The notes below the pieces were generated by a model that saw only the letters and a list, made by a program, of their open reading frames with translations, searched no databases and was not told where the DNA came from. A DNA stretch of 64,000 bases from Bugula neritina (Eukaryota; Animalia; Bryozoa). Every line of letters starts with the position of its first letter. Position 1 is the first letter of the stretch. Both the position numbers and the translations under genes were made by a program. Of this stretch, positions 49,040 through 60,200 are shown piece after piece. The stretch lies in assembly GCA_964035545.1 (NCBI GenBank), contig OZ037765.1:7822698-7886697 (forward strand), in the 5' to 3' direction.

Positions 49040-52000
49040 ATGTCTTTTAAATTCTCTTTTTTCTCTGAGGAAAGCGATGCGGACCAAAATACTGGTAGGC
49101 TTAGCAGGTTCTCTTACACAGTTCAAGTAATTTATTTCTGCTAATCTCTGAAGTAAAATACGGATGATACAAAATATTAAACTCTATTTTGCTGTTTCTT
49201 CTATGACATTTTTAGTGCATCTAACTAAAATTAACAAAGTATGGGTTATGTGTGAACATTAAATTATGTTTTAAAATATTATTGTTTTGAATGAAAGGCT
49301 CCGTGTTGAATATAGTGTAATTAATAGTCTATGTACACTGGTTATGTATAGAGACTTTTGTGAATGTAAATGTAACTATGACGTTGTGCTATAGAAGAAA
49401 CAGATTCTTGTTTCTCTTTGAAACGCTCTTCTACATATGCTTTGCTTTAGTTATTGCTCACCAAACAGCTACTACAATGGTAAATATATCTAACACACAA
49501 TATTTAATATTGTTATTGATTGATTGATTGATTGATTTATTATACATATCACAAACATGACAACACGTTGCAAAATTCAGTGTAAATACTGGCTATAATA
49601 AGTAGGAATGAACAAAAATAAGAGAAAAAAAATCAAAACTCTGTTGGATTATTTAAAATAGAAGCTCATTTAAAGTATTTACAAGATGTCGCAAGAAGCT
49701 ATCTCTGCCCCATGCCCCTCTATATTTGATGGTTCGATATCTTCCAGAAGGGCATTGACTCAGAAAGTTATTGATGAAATGGTCATTGTCTATTATATAT
49801 TTGATGGCAAGTTCTTTAGTGAGTTTCTGAATGTGCAAATCAATGTTTAGATACTCAATTCCGAGTTTTGAGCAATCTTTGAGAATTCTTCGAATAGCCT
49901 TTTTATCACTGGCATAGATACAAGTAAAAATAGTAGGTAGACAATAGGCGATGCGGGACATGATGAAACTTTTGAATAACATATTTGCTAGAGGTTTAGA
50001 GCTAAGATTCGCAAAATTCTTCACAATATACATTCTTCTTGATACTGTTGTTACTACTGATTGTACATGTTCATGAAATCTCAAATTTTGATCCACTAAC
50101 ACACCAAGATATCTCACTTTTTCAGACAATACAATGTTTGTTTCATTCAATACAAGAGTAGGGGTATGAGGTTTCGCACGTTGGGTTGAGAACATCATTT
50201 CTTGGGTCTTGCTAAGGTTTAATAATAGATTTAAATCGTCACATTGTTTAGAAATTCTTTTAATCTCGTCAAAGTAAATATTTAGATCAGAGTGTTTGCC
50301 AATGCAGCCAATAATGCAAGTGTCATCTGCATATTTAACTACAGTGATGTTGCTCTGGCTTGAGGTAATCCTATTAGTGTAGATAGAAAACAATAGTGGA
50401 GATAAACAGCACCCTTGGGGAGTTCCTGTGTTATAATTTTAAAATGCTTCCCTTTTTAATATCTAGGATTTGTGCTAGTTTAAAATTATTATGTGATTTT
50501 TTTCGTAGTTGTTCCAACTAATGAAGCAACGGCCAAGGAAGATGCTAGGGAAATATTTATCAAGGGTGACACACTTAATTCAGAAAAAGTGAGTAAATGT
50601 TTGTAACTAAATAAGTTGTGTTGTGATGGTGTGATGTTTCGATATTTATGCCCTCGGACTTTGCTGCAGGTAAATTATGCGCAGATCAAACTGGTCGATG
50701 GGCTGCTCATCAAATACATACAGGAAGCTGAGAGACACGTTATTACAGACTCTTCTGGCTGCCATACTGATTTAATACCAGGTGTATACGAAGGTAAACT
50801 ACGATATATCATTGCTTTAACAACAACTCATTTTAATGTAGTTGTCAATGCCAGTGCTTCAAACAGCTAATTTCTTGAATCTTGTTTTCTTTTTATTCAT
50901 TCAAATGAAAATGGGAGTTTTGAGTGTATAGTAAAAAACAGAGTAACTTCTGATTATGGCTGATCTTATCTTAGCACAGTCTATCACATTCTACCAGCCA
51001 TCATAGATGGAAATTACAATGATAGAAAGTTTTTTGTAAGCAATGATGAGCAGTCTAATACTTTTTGTAGTCCGTAATCCAACAAATTCACATATTGTTT
51101 CCATGCTACTTTGTGAAAAACTTTAATGTTTGCTGTAGTTTGATCTCAGCTAGTATTTTATTTACTGACCTCCAGAATAGCACTGAATGGTATGACTAGA
51201 TTGTGAGTATTTGAGCATGCACTATAAGCTGCACAGAGTAAAAATAAATTTAAAATAAACTTTATTATTTATTTTGTTTTAGGAGGCCGGAAAACATGGG
51301 AGTGTGCATATATTTTACTGGATTTTTTATCAGAATATATTTCTGCTGATGAGATAGTTGGGAGATCTGTCTTGGAGGTTAATACCTGCTTACACTGTAT
51401 ATGCTTTTTATTCTGCGTTTCAAACTTATAGATTATATTTGTGCTAAAATTATTTTCATGCCAAACTCTAAAATTGTGTTATACATGCAAATTTATTTAA
51501 AAAATAATACCTGGTGTATTACTCAAAAGTGTTGGTAAAAATGCGCAAGAAATATTTTAGATGCGTATGTATTAACTATTAAGTAATGTTGGATCACATT
51601 GCTCTGGTGTTTGATTTTTATTTATAATGAAAAGCTTGCATAAAAAAGTGAATCTCAAGTTGGTTTTCTAAAATGAATAACTTCTACAAGCTGAATTTAT
51701 TTCTGTTACAGGTTGGCTGCGGAAGTAGTCTTCCAGGTCTGTATTGCTTAGCTAAAGGAGCTTGTGTTTCATTTCAAGATTATGTAAGTATTATAAGAAA
51801 TGATATTTGTTTGATAAAAGTCAATAAGATGCTATTGTGTTCAATATAACGTATGTACTAAAATGCTGTGCTGTAGTAACATTTAACGTGGTGTAGAACT
51901 TGTCTTCTCATCACTATAGGTAGCCTATAGAAAGAAAACTATGCCAAGACAGAGTCCTGCTCTCAATTGATATCCAACAAATAGCAAACTCTTATAAATG

Positions 52001-53679
52001 TTTTCGTTTGCAATACTCAGATGGAATTATTTTATAAGCAGCAAAATAGAATATTCTATGGATTTTAGATTTGATCTAGAATTAACTAATATTTAAAACA
52101 TTGCTTCTCTGACAAGTACAAACACTTTATTGTTTGTACTTTTATTTATTTATTTATTATGAATGCCCAGAAGACCATAAGTATTGGTCTCCTGGGCATT
52201 CATAGGGACTCGAAAAACGCACTAACTATAATATATGCGTCGAGATCTGTGATAAATGTAATATTTGCACTTTGATCATTTTCTATAAACTTGCTCTCCT
52301 TTTAACTTATTTAATTAAATATGATTAATAAATTCTAGGGAAGGTTCATCATTGTTTTCCTATATCGAAGAATTATATGTTGAGATTTCATGTTTTTAGA
52401 ACAAAGATGTTATAGAGGACATCACCATACCTAATGTACAACTCACATGTGATGGTAACTCCAAATTGCTTGAAAGATGCAAATTCTATTCTGGAGATTG
52501 GGAGTGTTTTTCAGAACTCCTGTGTCGAAAACAGATAAAGTATGAGTTACTGAAATATTTGTACTTTTTGTTACATTTATTGTTTCACAAGTGTAAAGCA
52601 ATGTGTAAAAGTTGAATACAAATTATAAACAATTAATTGTAGCTTTGAAAAAAAACATTGTCGTATACATAAACTTTATAGGGTGTTTTCACCTCAACTC
52701 TATTGACAATTAAAATAATTAGTTTGATTTTTTGCTTTATAAATGTTTAAAAGTCGAGGGAGCATTTCACTTGAAAACTCATTACAGATCTGTTCTTGTA
52801 GGTACGATATCATGCTAGCTTCAGAAACATTATACAACACTGAATCTTACAGTAAATTGCATAATTTATTTTCCAAACACATATCTGATGATGGAGTGAT
52901 GTATCCTTTACATTAATTAACGAGCACCTATAACTATTCCAAAATCCTAAATTTACATTTTGATTTGGGAAAATGACAGCTTTTCTAACAATTATGCCAT
53001 ACATAATATGAGGAGTTGAAAGGGCAAGATGTTTTCAGTTTTACCTGTACCACAACATAGTTCCTTCATAGTATTTATATGAATAAGCTTGTAGAGTGTA
53101 GTCCGATCCAAGGACATTGAGTTAATTCTGCTTTAATGCCCACATGTATTATGACTAGTGTGCCTTGACTATACAATGAAGATATGTTGCATCCAAATAT
53201 CACTACTTTGGAGTGGGCGGTGGTATAGAATCGTTCAAGCAATATGTGTACAGATGCGGAGAATTCCTTGTAGAAACAGTTTTCACTTCAGGTGAAAGTA
53301 AGTATATGTAAATAGTTATTGAAAGCATTTTTCGAAGTCAACTACCAGTCTTCACATGGATTTTTTATGAAGTTGGTTGTTGTAATATAACATAGAGGCT
53401 ATTTGATTTGCAAGCTGCTAACACGGCTACTTAAACTTAAAACAGGAGTTGATCCATTGGAAAGTTTTCACCTCATTTTACAATCACTTTTTTCATGCAT
53501 TGAAGCTGCTCCAAAGTAATGGCTACTTAGCTAATCATAATGTCTTCAATGACTGGCTTTCGATGACTGTGAATCTCAAACATGTTATGGAGACTCTTAC
53601 ACATACTTTTCTTATTGTAGATCTTAAATGTGTCATTTTGAAGTTGAGAAAGACAATACAGAAAAATGAAGTTGGATGA
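49040..53679 (+). CDS. METTL18: Histidine protein methyltransferase 1 homolog
   Basis: Exons 49040-49094, 50509-50588, 50670-50793, 51283-51377, 51712-51783, 52400-52539, 52802-52900, 53182-53297 and 53621-53679. Motifs MSFKFSF, DLIPGVYEGGRKTWEC, VLEVGCGSSLPG, FQDYN, FYSGDW, YDIMLASETLY and YVASKYHYFGVGGG. Confidence 0.92.
49517..50432 (-). mobile_element. 5'-truncated LINE (Rex1/Babar-like) in METTL18 intron 1, antisense
   Basis: Uninterrupted RT C-terminal frame from TGTPQGCCLSPLLFSIYTN through KYADDT, RYLGV and CPSGRYR to a stop at 49653. Short 3' UTR ending AATAAA(TCAA)n at 49517-49541. Confidence 0.9.
52158..52204. repeat. Near-perfect hairpin next to a (TTTA)n run
   Basis: tatgaatgcccag-a-agacca [taagtat] tggtct-c-ctgggcattcata; (ttta)n at 52140-52157. 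Confidence 0.7.
52901..53181 (+). other. U12-type (minor spliceosome) GT-AG intron in METTL18
   Basis: 5' site GTATCCTTT. Branch-site-like CCTTGAC at 53163-53169, 12 nt from the AAG acceptor, with no polypyrimidine tract. The junction restores GVI-YVASK in frame. Confidence 0.85.
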
Positions 53680-53808
53680 TAAACAATATTTTTATAACCT
53701 TTATATATTTTTTTTATTATCTTTGATAAATAATCTTCTTACAGTATTTCTATATACAAGGAAATAGATGAAGCAAACATAATGATGTTTTAAACTTGAA
53801 AAAAAGAC

Positions 53809-56178
53809 CTAGATTTTGCCAACTAGATCTGGCATGTCTTTAATACCATCTTTACTAATCATTCGAACTTTGAATCTGGGCATGTTCACAAGAAAACGCT
53901 TCTGAATCTACAAAAGGCACAATTAACCAGTTAATGATGACAGTATTGAATATTGAACAAATAATATAATGAATATAAGCTGCACTCAATATCATATTTC
54001 GACCAATTAGTCTTTGCAGCCAGTAGAACGCACTTCCATTTCATGTTGATTAGAAAATAGCATTGTTATAAACTTGCTATGAAGACCAAATTCATTGATG
54101 AAGTATTATTGAATATAGAGATCCAAAATTTATCCATTGCCGAGATGAAGTGCTTTTCTATTTTCAACTATCTAACATCGCATCTTTGGTCTCAATGTCT
54201 CAACTGTAAATCTTCTACATTCTAAGTCAACATATGCTAATAAAACCCTATCTGTTCACCAAAGAGGAATTTTACATTTCCTTGAAAAAAATTGCTGCGA
54301 CTTTATTTCTGAAATGCAATAAAATAATAATCTCAACTTGTAACTCTTCACATTGAAATTAAAATTCAAACCAGGGAAATCCCAGCACCTTACCTAGACA
54401 AATACCTTATCAGAAATATGAACAAAATGTATAGCCTCATAAAAGTTTTTGTGACAAAGAATGTAATTCACCTCTTGGACACATTTGTTAAGCAGTTCAT
54501 AAGCTTCTTCCTTTGTGACATCTGGGGTGTAATATCGATCAAAGATACTCAAAGAAAAAAATGATCCATACCCATGTACAGCAAATGGCAACTTATTCAT
54601 AGATGCCAAGTAATCCATATAATAAAGACTAGGGCCTGTCTTTTCATCGTATCCAGCCAACAGCAGGTTTACTTGGTATGCATTCTGAAAAAATTCATGC
54701 ATCCTTGAAACACACATATTCTTTAAGAAATTTCAAGCAATGATAAACTGTTTATTAGTTTTAGCAATATTATAAAACGTAAACAAACTTAATTTAATCT
54801 AATACTAGATAGTAGTTTATGAAATTGCAAAAAAATACAAACCCGACTTCGGAGTGATTCAGCCAAATTCCTTCTTGTAAAATTGGCTGCAGCTTCTGGG
54901 GATAGCTCATATCCATTTCGCATTTTATAAAGCTGGAGGTTTTTAGCTATATACTCTGAGAACTGCAAGCAATCTCCCACATCTCCGCTAGTTAGCATTA
55001 CCACATTGTCACTGATAGGCACCATTTTATCATGATCTACAATAAAAGGCTAAATTATTATGTAAGTTTTATATACAAAAATATGCACAAAAATCTGAAT
55101 GGTTATATAATTTAAGCAGTATCAATAATTAGCACAGAGCTGTGTCCCAGTCATATTGAGTACAGTAGACCTGCTGTAACTAATAGTACTAGGTTGACTA
55201 ACTGTTGTCAATGAACTAAAAATTTTGAATAATATGTGGCAAGTCTTTGAAGCTTGGACCAGTTAAATCCAAAATCAACTAAGCTAAATTGCAACATTTA
55301 TAGCAAACCTTGATACAAATTATTTTAATTTTTATTGATTTTTTAAAAAATAAATTAAAATGATACCAATCAGGCAATAATCAATTTCCAACTCCAGTTG
55401 ATGAACTTTTTTTAGGTATTTAATTAGGTGGATGCGGTTACTGCGATTATTTTAAAACACACATTTACTAGGCATATAAATAAATGTATAAAACAGATAT
55501 ATAAAATAGCAAACACTAGAGCATTTAATTTAATTGTTCTTTACTTAGAAAATAACATTTCTACAGCAAACTTACTAGTGGTAGTATTACTATTAGTATA
55601 GCATGATAGTTTCTTACCAAGAACGATTAGTGATTAGAGACACCAGAGGCAAAATAAATTAAAAAATTAACATAAATCTTCAAAGGTACAATTTTAGGTA
55701 TAACAATTATAATTCTTTTTATTAAATTTAATAGTAAATGTAATAGTAATACCAATAGTAAAACTACATAGTTATTCAATTATTATCTATTGGCTATTGC
55801 TATTAGTATTACTATTACTATTAGTGATAGCCAATAGGCAATAGATACACTCACAGTGAGATAGGTAACACTCATACTCATACTGATAGTCACTACTGAT
55901 ACCCATACTTATACTTATAGTTATACTGATACTGGCAATAACATTAACTATAAGAATATTCATAACATTTCTTGTGTTGTTATAAACATCAAACAAATTA
56001 CTATTAGTAATTACTATTAGTAATTGTGAATAACTATTGTTATTACTATAACTAAAAGTAAAAACTTAGACTAAAGTGAATGAATACCTTCTTTCATCCG
56101 CACAATACTTCTTGCATTACTAGAATCAGCTGCCACCAACACAAAATCTTTTCCTTGAACACCAATTAAGCATTCCAT
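53809..56178 (-). CDS. PSMB2: Proteasome subunit beta type-2
   Basis: Exons 56178-56088, 55036-54843, 54684-54472 and 53907-53809. [52 protein letters not shown] and [10 protein letters not shown]. Confidence 0.96.
55604..55648 (+). mobile_element. Short 3'-end fragment of the same LINE family as 9030-9715
   Basis: ttcttaccaagaacgatta...agagacaccagag matches ttcctaccaagaactatta...agagacaccagag at 9666-9701. Confidence 0.55.
55725..56075. repeat. Degenerate hexamer-periodic array at the start of PSMB2 intron 1
   Basis: actcatactcatactgatagtcactactgatacccatacttatacttatagttatactgatact; lies directly downstream of the exon 1 donor at 56087. Confidence 0.8.
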
Positions 56179-56302
56179 GACTATTTATTTCTTGCAATAT
56201 ACGTTATTATTATAAACTCAAGATTGTTGTACGATACAATATTAACTTATGTGCTTGTATATTGATATAAAATTATATAGTCAAAAAATGCTAATAGAAT
56301 GA

Positions 56303-56313
56303 ATGATTGAGCA
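56303..56313 (+). promoter_or_regulatory. Candidate antioxidant response element (ARE) upstream of PSMB2
   Basis: ATGATTGAGCA fits RTGAYnnnGCR and is followed by AATT; 125 bp upstream of the PSMB2 ATG. Confidence 0.5.
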
Positions 56314-57285
56314 AATTGTACTCGGTTAAATAGTTAGTCCGAGTGTTACCATTTTCTAAAAAAATACTGCCTAGCTACAACCTATTGAGTTTTATGCGTG
56401 CAAGTTTGAACCGCAGTGTTCAATCGTGAAGCCTTGCCCACTGGCTCGAATGCTGTTTATAATAGATAACTCCACATAGAGCCATCGGACATAATTATAC
56501 TTTAATCAATTTTAACTTCAATTCATTCAGCCTTTTTGAAGCAGGTGATGGAGTAGCTTACATTTCAGTAGTAGTACAATATTTACATCATACAAACTAT
56601 GTGGCGAATAAGGTTTCAATGACTAAATAAAAAGCTGGAAGATAATTCCAAAAATTGAGCAGCTTTCAAGGGTATGCCTAAAATATTTGATGCAATTTTA
56701 TTGTTTCTTCAACTACAGACAAAGTTGCAGTGCTATGTGCATAACAAAAATACCTATTATTTATTCAACAATGTATATTATATACTTTCATCGAATTACA
56801 TCACATGATGAAATAAATGTTAACAATTTAATTATGATGTTTTAAAACAGGAACTTGTATAATATGATTTATATTAGAAGTTAATTCTATTCACAAAAAA
56901 TTATTAGTACTGACAAAGGCAGTTAACAAAGTGCTTGATGCCGATGACTGTGACAAATATAGTACCGTTGATATAAATAGAAAATATAAAAACAATCAAG
57001 CAATAAAATAACACTGGCTTCAATATACAGTCTTAGGGAAATAGGATATTTCTATACTAAAATTTAGTGGCAATCAGGTACAGCAAATACATTATTTACA
57101 TACTCTATCTACAGGAAATGTATACAACACACAAGTGAACCACTACTGTACATTAATATAATATGATGTGTAATGGGTAGAAAAATACAACATGCTGGAT
57201 GTAAATATATTACATATCTTATATTTATTTCAACAGTTCAACCCATCACTTTTTTGTTCAATAAACTGAAGATCATCTGAAAAAA

Positions 57286-60200
57286 TTATCGCTTTGACCT
57301 CTTTCGCTCTCTATATACTGTAGGTAGTGCTTGCAAATCTGAAAATATATGAAAAAAATGCATGAATAATACATCATTCAGAAAACCACAATCACCAACT
57401 GTTCAGACTGAACAAACTTACTAGCTGGACGTTATGAATGTCAAACTCTAGTGTCAGGAACAGCTCGTTAAATGAGGAGTATTGAATATCAACCTGATAG
57501 GCCAGACGATCGAGTATTGCGTTTTGCATGTGAGGTAGGTCCGTTTAGTTGAGAGTTTCGGCTGATGACCATGTGAGGTGCAGAAGTTGCCTCTTCTACA
57601 GGTTCCACTGCCATAACTTTGTTGCCAATAGACTTCATCGCCTTTTTGGTAGGTGCAGACTCTGAATCTTCAGGTATCGGACGTGGAACACGCTTACGTA
57701 CTAAAAAACCACTGGCATTGCAACAAGAGGCTGAAAGAGACAATATGCTACATGACTACTAAATAGAAAAAAGTATTTTACTCAACAGTCAAAACCATCA
57801 CTAAAAAACCGAACATTTTGCAAAATCCAAACTGTTTGTTAAGCTTATTTAAAAAAGACTTTTGCAAACAACCAAATACCTTTGGTAGGTTGCGTGACGT
57901 AATCAGGATCTGGTGACTTGATAGTTCTCACACGGCCACTTTTTCTCTGACTGGGAGAAGACAAAGAAGCAGCAACTTCAGCGGTCGACGTATGAACCTC
58001 CAGAGATGTGCAACTACTAACTACCGAGGCTGGAGAAAGGTTGCTATGGTTACTAGCAGTCGTAAGTGATTCGCAGTCATGATGGTCTCCAGTCACATCA
58101 CTAAAGCCATTCTGAAGCGTGACTGGGACTGAGTTAGCAATATTCCTGCTTGAGTTTACATCTAACGCAGACAAATAAGAGTGATCCCGAAGTTCCACAT
58201 TGTTAACAGGAGATAAATGCGACTGACTTCCAATCACCTGATCATCTCCAATAAGGCCAGTAACTGAGGGTTGTTCATGTGTTGAATGGGAATTTACAAA
58301 TCTATCTACATTATCTGACGTTGAGCTTGTTTTAGAAGTAGATGAGCTTGGATGGTTTATTATACTAACTCCAGGCAAGCTTGTTGGAACATTGAGGAAT
58401 ACCACTGAAGGGGCTTTACTTGCAGTTGAAGCTGAGACTACTGTATTTACTAGAGCCTTTCCAGCTGTGGAAGCCACGGAATTGGATGTCACTATAACAG
58501 CTTTTTCACTTGCATCAGATACTTTTGAAGATAAAGATGAGAGGATTTCAGTTGAAAGATGTTTCTCAGATATAGGTTTGGTGGGTTTGGAATTGACAAC
58601 ATTTGTAAGGCTATTGCTTTCCATTGAAGTAGTCACGGTGTTGTGTTGTGCAGAAGTTTGAACAGTATGATGCTGAGATGTCACTGTTATATTTGAGTTT
58701 TTAGAGGTGATAGAATGTGACAGTGATATCTCAACCACTTGCGAGTTACTACTCACAGAGTTATTAGACATGTTAAGTTTGCTTGTAGATGTGTTAGCCT
58801 GTAGATGGGTGCTAGTGTAATCTCCATACGAAGGTAAGCTGTTATATGGCTGATTATTGGATACTGCATTAGCTGCTGCTAGTAATACGCTGGAAATATT
58901 CCCCTGGCTAGTCATTATATAAGACAGGGGGTGGGCATTGGGAAGCTTCTGGAGCATTTGCTGATTTAGTTTTTTACTTGGATAAGTAGTTGGTGCAAAA
59001 TCCAAAGGCTCTATAACAGTGGTAATCTTAGGCTTTTCTTTTGAAAAAATGTTCTCTTTAACAATCTTAGAAGGAAGTGATGGTCTGGGGTTCTTGAGAA
59101 GTGAAACAGATGGACGGGTAGAAATAGGAGGTAATATGAGAGACTCCGTGGCAGAGCTGCGGCCACTAATGCATGTAAAGGTAGGGGTTACAACAACTGA
59201 GTTACTAACTACTGTAGTTGTGACATGCTGATCTTCTGGATGGCCGATTGCATCTGTAACTGAAGACTCACATGTCTTGTGCTGCTCCTCATCTAATAAA
59301 ATATATGAATGACATTAAATGCTGTACTTTTAGCAGCCAACAAATGCAGATATTGCAAACACAACACTGAGATGTTTGCATGCATTTATATGTAGTGAAT
59401 TTGATATCTTTTTACAGCCTAAAAAGATAGCTTTCTCGATTTACATTGGTTAACTTTAAAACCACCATAACAGCATATTGTAAATTACCAACTCACTTAC
59501 CCGCACCAGGTGGAGTAGGACAAATATCACTTTTGGGTGAGCTGGTCACAACACCAGAGTCTGTGCTCGTAGAGCTGCCATTTTCTGGCAGCTCACTATC
59601 CATTGCAATCATGTGATGCTGCGTTGGCCCATCATACCGAGGGAGAGCATGTAGAGTATTACTCTCTGACATTGCTATACTAGTAGATGGGTGCTGAAGG
59701 TCTGCGCAATCACTGCTTGACTGCAAGCTTGCACTTTTTACATCATCAAAAACTGGCTCCTGCACCTCTAAATTAGATTTAGTTACCGCAGGACTTAATT
59801 TTCCTTCAAGATTATCTTTCAAACATTCGGCAGTGTCATTTTTTGATGATGAGCAAATGACACTAACAGGTTTACCATGAAGCAAAAGAGGTTCGTTTTG
59901 AGCAGTTGATACCTTACTTTCACTATTTTCAAGGTTGAAACCATTTGTTAGTTCTGGACTGTCTTCGGATGGTTTTGCTGACTTATGAGTATCTTTGACA
60001 GAAGTTGGCTTGTGTTCTGATGTGTTTAAGTTAATTAAATTGTCTGCTGTACTGACAGTCTGTTGCGAGTGACTAGATTCTGTTGATTTTGAATTTAACT
60101 TTGCTGATGAATTTTGGTCTATGTCAAAACCATCAGATGCATCTTCTATTTTACACTTTATCACAGTTGGAGTAACAGAAGAAGTTTTGGTTTCTGGTTT

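Noticed and set aside
49395-49479. Possible extra METTL18 exon with AG/GT ends
   Set aside because: The long form has an in-frame stop and the short form breaks phase with the next exon.
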